NCBI RefSeq assembly: GCF_964213995.1
Contig: NC_135818.1
Location: forward strand, 85,250,001 to 85,314,000
Length of the DNA: 64,000 nt
Source: Mustelus asterias
Taxonomy: Eukaryota
Direction: 5' to 3'
Shown here piece after piece: positions 22,776-34,084 of this stretch (within the stretch, counting starts at the first letter, position 1; each line of letters begins with the position of its first letter). The translations under genes and the position numbers were made by a program. The notes beneath the pieces are model-generated. The model was given only the letters and a program-made list of their open reading frames with translations, was not told the origin of the DNA and made no database searches.

Positions 22776-23399
22776 TAATTGCCAAAAACATTTTGGAGGG
22801 GGAGGTGTGTCTTAATTCACACAATATACTCGCTGGTTAGTCTGAAGCTGCACCTTACTTGACCATTGAGTGGCTAGACTTTACCAAGAGGTGTCAATCC
22901 CTTCAGCTGTCAGAAGAGGGAGCCTCATACTCAGCATTGCCCCATCATTTGGCTCCCTGTTAGTCTTGTCTACCTTGGCCGGAGTTGGAGAGACGTTTAT
23001 CATAGAAGGTGGAGTGGAGCAGGATTAAAATGTTTCTACAATTTCATGTCTGATACCTCAGGAATGACAATGGGATGGTTCAGATCGTCTGGAGAATGTA
23101 ATAAGGAGCCAAAATAAAGGAAAATGATTATGGACTCAGATATTGTTTTTTATTTGACATTTCTGATTTCTTTGAAACTCGCCAACCTGTTGTATAACTG
23201 TCACCACCTTGTGGTAAGAGCACCAAGATAAAGTGAATGGAGGGATGAGCCATGATTAAAATAGTTTCACAATTCCAGGTCAGATACTTGAGGAATTCCA
23301 GTGGGATGATTGGATGACGTGGAGGGAGTGAAAATGTTCCAAGCAGCACAAAACGGACAACAGCAATTTAGTGTCCGCATTGTTTATTCAGGCCCATAA

Positions 23400-24706
23400 T
23401 AAGAACATTAGAAATAGGACCAACACTAGACCAAGTCTACCAAATTGCGCCTCCTTCACTGATGACCATGTAGTGTAGCCACACAGTTTCAGCACGTCCA
23501 TAAAGACCATAACACACAGGAGCAGAATTAGGCCACTCGGTCCATCGTGTCTGCTCTGCCATTCAATCATGGCTGATATTTTTCTCAACCCTATTGTCTT
23601 GCTTTTTCCCCATAACCCCTGATCCCCTTATCAATCAAGAACCTATCTATCTGTCTTAAAGACACTCAATGACCCGGCCTCCACAGCCTTCTGCGGCAAA
23701 GAGTTCCACAGATTCACCACTCTCTGGCTGTAGAAATTCCTCTTCAGCCCTGTTTTAAAGGATCGTCCCTTCAGCCTGAGGTTGTGCCCTCTGGCTTTAG
23801 TTTTTCTAACTATGGAAACATCCTCTCCATGTCCACGCTATCCAGGCCTCGCAGTATCCTGCAAGTTTCAACAAGATCTCCCCTCATCCTTCTAAACTCC
23901 AACAGGTACAGACCCAGAGTCCTCAACCATTCCTCATGAATACAGTCAGCAAATTTACAGTCGTGCTCGAATATGATCCAAACCATCAGGAGAATGTTAT
24001 AAGGAGCAAAGCAAACCAGGAAAAAGATGATTGACGCAGAAACTAATTTTTTAATTCTTAATTTTTGCACCTGTTGAAGCCCGCGAACCTTACCGACAGC
24101 TGTCAACACTTTCTTGTATGAAATGAGAAATAAAATCAAAGGGAGGAAGAACCCAGTGGAGAGCTTGTAACTATTTAAATACCTACCCTCTGTCTGCATC
24201 GGATAATGTTCGAAACACAAGGTGTCATTCTCCTTGTCTGTACTGAGAACCTGGGAGTGGATGTAAAAACTGCAGGCAGGTATCTCCTTGAGCCAGATGA
24301 GAGCACTGATCAACACTGCAGCCCTCCTGGTGTGTAAGAATTTAAATTTCATTGGGTAGGCCACGACGAGGAAGCCATTAATGGAGATGAAGCAGAGGAA
24401 GCCAATGCTGATGTAGATATTCTGGTAGAGGAGCAGACCACTGAGTGTGCAGAGTGCCCGAGAGAGGACCCAGTCATCGTGCAGCAGCATATACTGAACC
24501 CAGAAGGGCAAGGAAATGAGGTACAACAGGTCTGAGATGGTCAGATTGCAGAGATAGATTCCCAGCTCGTTCCTCTGTCTGATCTGCAGGTAGCTGTGAT
24601 ACAAAGACAGCAGATTAGTCGGGAAGCCGATGATGAAGACAATAATGTAGATGGGGAGAAACAGGATCTGATGGATACTGTGGTTGATGGAACAGTTGGA
24701 CTTCAT
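23400..24706 (-). pseudogene. GPR68/OGR1-like GPCR copy disrupted after TM6 by a CR1 insertion
   Basis: TM1-TM6 in 23938-24706, then reads in frame into CR1 ORF2 (EEWLRTLGLYLLEFRRMRGDL). The DRY motif is NGF. A probable degenerate TM7 remnant AAC TGT GTG GCT (NCVA) lies at 23477-23488. Confidence 0.85.
23498..23937 (-). mobile_element. 5'-truncated CR1 LINE inserted into the GPCR copy
   Basis: ORF2 C-terminus and CR1 3' UTR/tail. Confidence 0.92.
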
Positions 24707-24829
24707 TCAACACAATCGTGGAACTTTCTTTTCTATTAAATATTCTTTTACCAGTTCCTAAGGACTGAGTCCATGAGTTAGATTCTTCTGATAGTTGATT
24801 ATGAATTCTTCATGATTGAAAATGTTCCC

Positions 24830-24850
24830 CTGCAGGTAGGAAATTATCCA
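24830..24850 (-). promoter_or_regulatory. Candidate splice acceptor for the coding exon of the disrupted GPCR
   Basis: Minus strand atttcctacctgcAG about 125 nt upstream of the ATG. Confidence 0.4.
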
Positions 24851-25203
24851 ACAATACAATCAATGAGCTGTACAGCACAGGGAGTAAAGAAGATAGATTT
24901 GCATCTTTAACGCAATCTCCCATGAACCAGAATGTCTCAAAGCTCCTCACAACCAATGAAATGAGTTTTGAAATATAACATCATAAACATGGTAGCCGAT
25001 TTTCACACAACAAACCCCACAATCATCACGTTATAAATGACCAGATAATGTGTTTGGATTAGGTTGGCTGTGGGGAAAATAATTCTCCAGGACACTGGGA
25101 CAATACTGCAGTCTGACCATTTCATACCTCTTGCACCTCACTCTTTACCAACTTTAATGGGTTCACCAAGTTTACCATGTGGGTTACCACCCCACTCTTT
25201 ATG

Positions 25204-25516
25204 GGGCAGCATGGTGGTTGGCACTGCTGCCTCACAGCGCCAGGGACCCTGGTTCGATTCCCGGCTTGGATCACTGTTGTGTGGAGTCTGCACGCTCTCC
25301 CCGTGTCTGCGTGCGTTTCCTCCAGGTGTTCGGGTTTCCTCCCGCAGTCCAAAGATGTGCGGGTTAGGTTGATTGGCCATGCTAAATTGCCCCTTAGTGT
25401 GAGGGGGACTAGCTAGGGTAAATGCATGGGGTTATGGGGATAGGGCCTGGGTGGGATTGTGGTCGGTGCAGACTCGATGGTCAATTGGCCTCCTTCTGCA
25501 CTGTCGGATCCTATGA
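25204..25516 (+). mobile_element. HE1/V-type SINE (CR1-like tail)
   Basis: Full head, core and tail. Confidence 0.88.
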
Positions 25517-25922
25517 TTTTATAAGTGAGATTCAGTTGCATATACCATTGAATCTTACAGAACAGAATGAAGTTCTTTGGGCCATTGTGCCTGTGGTCTT
25601 TGAAAGAATTATCTACACCCACTGCTTTTCTACATAGCCCCATAAATATCTCCCTATTTATTCAATTCCCTTTTGGAAGTTACTATTGAACCTCCTTCTA
25701 CCACACTTTCAGGCAGCTCTCCACATTAACCACTGGAAATCATCCCTCCACAATGACTCTATTAAGTTTGTTCCTTATTTCAAATATCTCCATTAAATCT
25801 TGCCTTGCCCTTGTGCGCTGTAAGTAAAGATGTGGAGATGCCGACATTGGACTGGGGTAAACACAGTAAGAAGTCTCACAACACCAGGTTAAAGTCCAAC
25901 AGGTTTATTTGGTAGCACAAGC

Positions 25923-25957
25923 CACTAGCTTTCGGAGCGCTGTCCCTTCATCAGGTG
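25923..25957 (-). ncRNA. Minimal type I hammerhead ribozyme motif
   Basis: CAC-CUGAUGA-AGGGACAGCGCUCC-GAAA-GCUA-GUG: both core boxes, short stems I and II, palindromic stem III. Confidence 0.6.
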
Positions 25958-26194
25958 AGTGGGAGTTCTGTTCACAAACAGGGCATATATAGACACAAAC
26001 TCAATTTACAAAATAATGGTTGAAATGCGAGTCTTTACAGGTAATCAAGTCTTAAAGGTACAGACAATGTGAGTGGAGAGAGGGTTAAGCACAGGTTAAA
26101 GAGATGTGTATTGTCTCCAGCTTGGACAGTTAGTGAGATTTTGCAAGCCCAGGCATGTCGTGGGAACCCCCACTAGTCAATATTTTTTCCCAAA

Positions 26195-27340
26195 GATAAG
26201 GTCCCCCATGGTCGGCTTATGATGAAAGTAAGGAGGTGTGGGATAGAGGGAAAGTTGGCCGATTGGATAGGTAACTGGCTATCTGATCGAAGACAGAGGG
26301 TGGTGGTGGATGGAAAATTTTCGGACTGGAGGCAGGTTGCTAGCGGAGTGCCGCAGGGATCGGTGCTTGGTCCTCTGCTCTTTGTGATTTTTATTAATGA
26401 CTTAGAGGAGGGGGCTGAAGGGTGGATCAGTAAATTTGCTGATGACACCAAGATTGGTGGAGTAGTGGATGAGGTGGAGGGGTGTTGTAGGTTGCAAAGA
26501 GACATAGATAGGATGCAAAGCTGGGCTGAAAAATGGCAAATGGAGTTTAACCCTGATAAATGTGAGGTGATTCATTTTGGTAGGACTAATTTAAATGTGG
26601 ATTACAGGGTCAAAGGTAGGGTTCTGAAGACTGTGGAGGAACAGAGAGATCTTGGGGTCCATATCCACAGATCTCTAAAGGTTGCCACTCAAGTGGATAG
26701 AGCTGTGAAGAAGGCATATAGTGTGTTAGCTTTTATTAACAGGGGGTTGGAGTTTAAGAGCCGTGGGGTTATGCTGCAACTGTACAGGACCTTGGTGAGA
26801 CCACATTTGGAATATTGCGTGCAGTTCTGGTCACCTCACTATAAGAAGGATGTGGAAGCGCTGGAAAGAGTGCAGAGGAGATTTACCAGGATGCTGCCTG
26901 GTTTGGAGTGTCGGTCTTATGAGGAAAGGTTGAGGGAGCTGGGGCTGTTCTCTCTGGAGCGGAGGAGATTGAGGGGAGACTTAATAGAGGTTTATAAAAT
27001 GATGAAGGGGATAGATCGAGTGAACGTTCAAAGACTATTTCCTCGGGTGGATGGAGCTATTACAAGGGGGCATAACTATAGGGTTCATGGTGGGAGATAT
27101 AGGAAGGATATCAGAGGTAGGTTCTTCACGCAGAGAGTGGTTGGGGTGTGGAATGGACTGCCTGCAGTGATAGTGGAGTCAGACACTTTAGGAACATTTA
27201 AGCGGTTATTGGATAGGCACATGGAGCACACCAGGATGGTAGGGAGTGGGATAGCTTGATCTTGGTTTCAGATGAAGGTCGGCACAACATCGTGGGCCGA
27301 AGGGCCTGTTCTGTGCTGTACTGTTCTATGTTCTATGTTC
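26195..27340 (+). mobile_element. Young 5'-truncated CR1 LINE (uninterrupted RT C-terminal half)
   Basis: ORF 26219-27259 with GVPQGSVLGP and FADDTK; (TTCTATG)n tail. Confidence 0.95.
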
Positions 27341-27341
27341 T

Positions 27342-27660
27342 ATAAGATAGGGGAGTCTAAAACTAGAGGGCACAGGTTTAAGGTGAGAGGGGAGAGATAC
27401 AAAAGTGTCCAGAGAGGCAATTTTTTCACACAGAGGGTGGTGAGTGTCTGGAACAAGCTGCCAGAAGTAGTAGTAGAGGCGGGTACAATTTTGTCTTTTA
27501 AAAAGCATTTAGATAGTTACATGGGTACGATGGGTATAGAGGGATGTGGGCCAAATGTGGGCAATTGGGATTAGCTTAGGGGTTTTAAAAAAGAAAGGGT
27601 GGCATGGACAAGTTGGGCCGAAGGGCCTGTTTCCATACTGTAAACCTCTATGACTCTATG
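27342..27660 (+). mobile_element. Second CR1 3' fragment in tandem
   Basis: TRGHRFKVRG...FFTQRVVSVWNKLP; ctctatga tail. Confidence 0.9.
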
Positions 27661-27745
27661 ACCTGTAAAGACTCGCATTCCAACCATTATTTTGTAAATT
27701 GAGTTTGTGTCTTTACATGCCCTGTTTGTGAACAGAACTCCCACT

Positions 27746-27780
27746 CAACTGATGAAGGGGCAGTGCTCCGAAAGCTAGTG
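27746..27780 (+). ncRNA. Minimal hammerhead ribozyme motif (second pLTR arm)
   Basis: CUGAUGA (27749-27755), stem II GGGGC/GCUCC, GAAA, GCUA; stem I has a mismatch. Confidence 0.5.
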
Positions 27781-28089
27781 GCTTGTGCTACCAAATAAAC
27801 GTGTTGGATTTTAACCTGGTGTTGTGAGACTTCTTACTGTGCTGTAAGGAAAGCCAGACCTGTTTCTCTCTCAATATATGTAAAGAATCACACTCACCAG
27901 TGAAAGAAGTAAGTTGCTTGTAGTTGATAAGGAGCAGCACCAATGTCTGTACACTAACTTATCGATTGAATTGTTCATCTCGAAGTTCATCATCTGTTTT
28001 AACTTATTGGAGTGAGGTAACACTGAGGACCTCTCTCAGGCTTACACTGCCTGCTCTAGAACTGAGACTGAGTTTGAGGAAATGTGCTT

Positions 28090-28359
28090 ACATAAGAACA
28101 TAAGAGCTAGGAGCAGGAGTAGGCCATCTGGCCCCTCGAGCCTGTTCCGCCATTCAATAAGATCATGGCTGATCATTTTGTGGACTCAGCTCCACTTACC
28201 CGTCCGCTCACCATAACCCTTAAATTCCTTTACTGTTAAAAATCTATCCATCTTTGCCCTAAAAACATTCAATGAGGTAGCCTCAGCTGCTTCACTGGGC
28301 AGGGAATTCCACAGATTTACATCCCTTTGGGTGAAGAAGTTCCTCCTCAACTCAGTCCT
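28090..28359 (-). mobile_element. CR1 3' fragment that was the target of the Gypsy insertion (continues 33032-33080)
   Basis: CR1 3' UTR; the sequence ...ctcagtcct continues as gtcctaaacctgctcccc after the element. Confidence 0.85.
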
Positions 28360-28656
28360 TGTGGTGAACCATCGTTGGTTACCACTGTGGGGTTATTCCT
28401 ATGTTACTGTTGGGTTAGGGTGTTGCCACTGTGGGGGTTGTATAATGTTGTTGGGTTAGGGTGTTTACCTGCGGTAGATGTTGTTATGGCACATCCCGGT
28501 CGGGCCCCGCCTCCTGGGGAGAGGTATAAGACCCTCTGCTCAGGCGGGACCCCTCCAGTCTGAATTGGTGTACTCGTGTTAGTTAGTTCCATTGTTTGCT
28601 AATAAAAGCCTTCAATAGCTGAAGCCTTGTACCTCGTGCTTGATTGTCGCGCATCA
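28360..28656 (+). repeat. 5' LTR
   Basis: TGTGGTGAACC...GCGCATCA, with TATAAG at about 28525 and AATAAA at 28601-28606. Confidence 0.95.
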
Positions 28657-28697
28657 ATTTTATTAGCAAACATAAAACTCTCGACAGTAAAGGGAGT

Positions 28698-31600
28698 ATG
28701 GAACAAATACTAAAACCAGAGCGTCTGACGCTGGACCCACGTGCGGTCGGTGCTGCTAACACCTTCGACCACTGGTGGAAGTGTTTCGAGGACTACCTGG
28801 CAGCCTCTGCAGCTGTTACTACGGACGACGACAAACTCCAGGTCCTCCACGCGAGGGTAAGCGACACGGTCTATCTTGCGATTCGTGCGGCCACCACTTA
28901 CCCGAGGGCCATCGAGCTCTTGAAGAAACGATACACGAGACCACCCAACGAGATCCACGCTCGTTACCTCCTCGCTACACGACGCGGCAGTCGGGCGAAA
29001 CCATGGAGGACTACGCCAATGAGCTCTTGCAGCTTGCCAGGGGCTGCGACTGCAAAGATGTGTCGGCAGAGCAATATATGTACGACCTCGCCCGAGATGC
29101 GTTCGTAGCAGGGGTAGGGTCCTCGTACATCCGGCTTAAGCTATTAGAGAAAGGGAACCTCAACCTGACCCAAGCGATGGAGATGGCTGAGATGCTGGAG
29201 GCAGCGTCGAAAAGCTTGGCTCTGTACCCCGAAGACCACGTGGAGACAACGTGGCAGGAGCAAGCACAAATCCCTCCTCGCCCCACGGGCTCGCGCTCCC
29301 ATATCGATCCGACGACGGCGGCAGCTCCAGGCGGCCAGCGATGCTATTTTTGCGGCGGAGCCAAGCATCCACGGCAACAGTGTCCTGCAAAAACGGCGAT
29401 CTGCAGTCAGTGTGGTAAAAAGGGGCACTATGCTAAAGTTTGCAGGTCGAAGCCCAAGAACGGCAGTGCAGCCTGTGACCCTCCAGAGCGGAGACAATCT
29501 CCTTCGACGTCGCGGTACCCGCGAGGCCCGACCACGTGCGAATCCAGGACGGCGCCATCGTGGCTGACGGAGGAGGGGGAAGACCACCAGGAGTCGCTAC
29601 GCTTGGCGCCCTCACCCACGTGCGATTCATGGGGGCGGCCATCATGGTCGACGACGACCAGGAGCGACCAGCAGGGGTCCTCAGTATCAACCTCGGCTGC
29701 ATGCAGTGACGCCCAGGGGCCAACGGTGGCGTCGATCTCTCTGGACCAGACAAAGCACCACAGGCTTGACAGTTCCATGATGAACATCAAGGTAAATGGT
29801 CGTACTGTGTATTGTCTGTTTGACAGTGGGAGCACCGAGAGTTTTATTCACCCTGACACTGCAAAAAGGTGTGGACTCCGGGTTCTACCTGCCAAACAGA
29901 CAATTTCCATGGCATCACGGTCCCGGTCTGTACCGATCCAAGGACGTTGTATGGTAACCCTAGAGGTGCAGGGCACAATGTACGAGCGATACAGGCTCCT
30001 TGTGTTACCGCACCTTTGTGCGCCAATTCTCCTCGGACTAAACTTTATGGTCCACATGAAGAGTGTGATCCTACAGTACGGTGGGCCACTCCCTTCACTG
30101 GCAGTAGGGAATCAGCCGCAGCCTCCAAATTGCCCAAAGCGCCCCGCATGCAATCTTTCCACACTAAAAATCACCACACCTTCTTTATTTAAGAATCTGG
30201 TACCAGGCTGCAAGCCCATCGCTACTAAGAGTAGGCGTTACAGCGCTGAAGACCGGATCTTTATCAGATCTGAGGTTCAGCGGCTCCTCAAAGAAGGGAT
30301 CATACAGGCCAGTGCTAGTCCGTGGAGAGCGCAGGTCGTGGTGGTTAAAAGCGGGAACAAACCTCGGATGGTCATCGACTACAGTCAGACCATTAACCGT
30401 TATACGCAGCTGGATGCGTATCCTCTCCCGCGCATATCTGATATGGTCAATCAGATTGCGCAGTACCGGGTGTTCTCCACCATAGACCTTAAGTCCGCCT
30501 ACCATCAACTCCCCATCCGCCCAGAGGACCGACAATACACGGCTTTTGAGGCGGATGGTCGTCTATACCAGTTTCTTAGGGTTCCATTTGGTGTCACCAA
30601 TGGGGTCTCGGTCTTCCAGCGTGCTATGGACCGAATGGCGGACCAGAACGGGTTGCGGGCTACCTTCCCGTACCTGGATAACGTCACCATCTGCGGCCAT
30701 GACCAGCAGGACCATGACACGAATCTCCAAAACTTTCTGCGCACTGCATCTCGCCTGAATCTGACCTATAACAGGGAGAAGTGCGTATTCCGTACGCGCA
30801 GGTTAGTTATCCTTGGATACGTGGTGGAAAACGGGGTCATCGGCCCTGATCCAGACCGTATGCGCCCCCTTACTGAACTTCCCTTGCCCGCTAGCACAAA
30901 AGCACTGAGGAGATGCCTCGGCTTCTTTTCGTATTATGCGCAGTGGGTCCCCAACTACGCGGACAAAGCCCGTCCGCTCATCAAGTCCACGACCTTCCCA
31001 CTCACGCCGGAGGCCCAATTGGCCTTCAAGGCTTTGAAAAGCGACATTGCGAAAGCCACGATGCACGCGGTGGATGAATCCATCCCTTTTCAGGTGGAAA
31101 GTGATGCATCTGATTTCGCCCTGGCCGCCACACTAAACCAGGCAGGCAGGCCCGTCGCGTTTTTTCCCCGCACCCTTCAAGGTCCCGAAATTCGGCACTC
31201 AGTGGTGGAGAAGGAGGCTCAGGCCATTGTGGAGGCCATCAGACACTGGCGCCATTACCTGGCGGGGAAGCGGTTCACCCTGATCACGGATCAACGATCC
31301 GTGGCGTTTATGTTCAGTAATACGCAGAGGGGCAAGATCAAGAATGATAAGATCTTGCGGTGGAGAATTGAGCTCTCCACCTATAATTACGATATTATGT
31401 ATCGTCCAGGGAAGCTCAATGAGCCCTCGAATGCCCTCTCGCGCGGAACATGCGCCATCATGCAGGAGGACCGCTTGAAGGCCCTCCACAATGACCTGTG
31501 CCATCCTGGAGTCACCCGACTCTACCACTTCGTAAAAGCCCGCAACCTGCCCTACTCGGTGGAGGATGTCAGGTCAGTAACAAGAAGCTGTCGGATTTGC

Positions 31601-32671
31601 GCGGAATGCAAACCGCACTTTTATCGACCGGACCGGGCACAATTGGTCAAGGCCACTCGCCCCTTCGAGAGGTTGAGTGTGGATTTTAAGGGCCCCCTTC
31701 CCTCAACGGACCGGAATGTCTATTTTCTCAATATAATAGATGAATACTCCCGGTTCCCGTTTGTTGTCCCCTGTGCGGACACGTCGACTGCCACAGTGAT
31801 TAAGGCATTCAGTGATCTTTTTACCCTGTTCGGGTACCCCTGCTACATACATAGCGACAGGGGCTCGTCGTTCATGAGTAACGACTTGAGGCAATTCCTG
31901 CTCTCATACGGGATTGCCTCTAGTAGAACCACGAGCTACAACCCTAGGGGTAACGGACAGGTGGAGAGGGAGAATGCTACAGTCTGGAAGGCTGTCCTAC
32001 TGGCGCTGAAATCCAGGGGCCTTCCAGTCTCCCATTGGCAGGAGGTCCTTCCAAATGCGCTTCATTCCATTCGCTCCCTCCTGTGTACGGCAACCAATGC
32101 TACTCCCCACGAGAGGATGTTCTCATTCCCTCGGAAGTCGTCCTCGGGGATCTCCTTACCAGCCTGGTTGACGTACCCAGGACCCGTCCTTCTGCGGCGA
32201 CATGTGAGGGCCCGCAAGTCCGACCCCTTGGTCGAACCGGTCCAACTCCTCCACGCCAACCCTCAGTATGCCTATGTGGCATATCCTGACGGGCGAGAGG
32301 ACACAGTCTCGATTCGAGACCTGGCGCCCGCAGGGGACGTAGCAACTCCTGTCACTCCCATACCCCCTGTCACGAATCCCCTACTACTTATTTCTTCCCC
32401 AGACGTGGCGCGGTCAGCACCGGGACCAGTGCATAACAGTTATACTCCCATGTACAGCTTGCCTGAGACTCGGAGATCGGCGCCACCACAGAAGGTTCCA
32501 GGATCCCCTGCACCATCGCCTCACCAGGGTCAACCGGCCCGGGAGTCCTCGAGGGGACAGCCGGACGCTGTTTTGGAGAGAACGCCACCGCAAGCACCTG
32601 CTCCGGTGTCGCAACCGGTGTTGAGGAGATCACAGCGACGGTGCGGTCCTCCAGACCGTCTGGACTTGTGA
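28698..32671 (+). CDS. Gypsy gag-pol polyprotein (Gag, 2 zinc knuckles, protease, RT, RNase H, integrase) with one apparent 1-nt frameshift near 28985
   Basis: MEQILKPERL...RYLLATRR switches frame to QSGETMEDY; CYFC..H..C and CSQC..H..C; LFDSGS; YLDN; ESDASD; H..H..CRIC; DFKGP, HSDRG, GQVERE. Confidence 0.9.
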
Positions 32672-32734
32672 ATTTTGTATATATGTGACCTGTTTTCGCA
32701 CCCCGCCGGCCTTTGTTTTTAAAGGAGGGGTGAA

Positions 32735-33031
32735 TGTGGTGAACCATCGTTGGTTACCACTGTGGGGTTATTCCTATGTTACTGTTGGGTTAGGGTGTTG
32801 CCACTGTGGGGGTTGTATAATGTTGTTGGGTTAGGGTGTTTACCTGTGGTAGATGTTGTTATGGCACATCCCGGTCGGGCCCCGCCTCCTGGGGAGAGGT
32901 ATAAGACCCTCTGCTCAGGCGGGACCCCTCCAGTCTGAATTGGTGTACTCGTGTTAGTTAGTTCCATTGTTTGCTAATAAAAGCCTTCAATAGCTGAAGC
33001 CTTGTACCTCGTGCTTGATTGTCGCGCATCA
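32735..33031 (+). repeat. 3' LTR
   Basis: Copy of 28360-28656 with a single C/T difference. Confidence 0.95.
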
Positions 33032-33289
33032 GTCCTAAACCTGCTCCCCCTTATTTTGAGGCCATGCCCCCTAGTTCTGGGACAACTCATGGCAGGAAAA
33101 GGTTGGACTTATGAATGCAAACAAGGCAACATGAACAGCCTTGAGGCCATGAGGTATACAAAGAGAAACCCACAGAGACAATCAATGTCAACATCTTAAT
33201 GTCTAAAACAACACTCACATCCTATGTTCAACACTGCAGTCACTAAACTGAAATGTCCATAAAGCACTGAACTCTACGAAACACGTTGA

Positions 33290-33740
33290 ATCTCTGGAGA
33301 AGGTGTAAAATTAGATTTACCAGGATGATTCCAGAAGTGAGAGGAATGACTGAACAGGTTGAGGTATTTTCTCTAGAAAAGGCAAGGCTGAGGGATGAGA
33401 GATATAACTAAGTTTATGAAAGGGTTTGACAGGGTAGACATTGAGAAAATGTCTCCATCTGTGGGTGCGACCATTAATAGAAGATAGTTAAATATATCTA
33501 ACAGAGAATTCAGGAGAAACGTCTTTACCCAGAGAATGGTTAGAATGTGGAACTTACTACCACAAGGAATAGTTGAGGTTAGTATAGTAGATGTATGTAA
33601 GGGGAAGCTAGATAAGCACACAAGGGAGAAAGGAACAGCAGCATATATTAATAGGGTGAGATGGAGAGGCATGGGAGGAAGCTCAGGTGGAGCACAAACA
33701 CTGACATGGACTAACAGGCCTGAGTGTTTTGTTTCTCTGC
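33290..33740 (+). mobile_element. Old CR1 3' fragment
   Basis: RFTRMIP and FTQRMVRMWNLLPQ remnants. Confidence 0.75.
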
Positions 33741-34084
33741 TGGTTTTAGAGGGGGGATTTTCCTGACCCATCCTGGGGCCTACCCATGTTGGGCAGACCT
33801 TAAAAATTCCAGGATTCTCATTCTCATTCCTAATGCTGGCTATTTTGAACTGCCTTGGATAAAGTTGCAGGTTGTGAGCTTGCAGGCAAAGTTGTTGCCA
33901 GCCTCAGGTGAAGGTTGGCATTTCACCTGTAATTTTCATGGAATCGGGCTGGCTTTTGACATTGTTCACACCAGCTCAAGGGTGCCATTAGCCATGGGCT
34001 AGCACTGCTCTTGAGTCCAGAACCTTTTGACAGCTAAGTTCAAAAGCTGTTGTCAAGTTCATATGTCGGGATATAACGCTGTAT

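Larger units (their letters stand above)
25825..27840. mobile_element. Penelope-like element remnant: inverted pLTR arms with hammerhead cores, two nested CR1 fragments
   Basis: Arms 25862-26042 and 27661-27840 are inverted copies; 8-bp TSD GCTGTAAG (25817-25824 and 27841-27848). Confidence 0.75.
28360..33031 (+). mobile_element. Full-length, very young Ty3/Gypsy LTR retrotransposon (two CCHC knuckles, Mag-like)
   Basis: 297-bp LTRs (TG...CA) with one mismatch seen, 5-bp TSD GTCCT, polypurine tract AAAGGAGGGGTGAA at 32721-32734. Confidence 0.97.

Noticed and set aside
29011-32747. Minus-strand ORFs within the Gypsy element; env gene
   Set aside because: Antisense shadows of GC-rich pol; only about 60 nt separate the pol stop from the 3' LTR, leaving no room for env.
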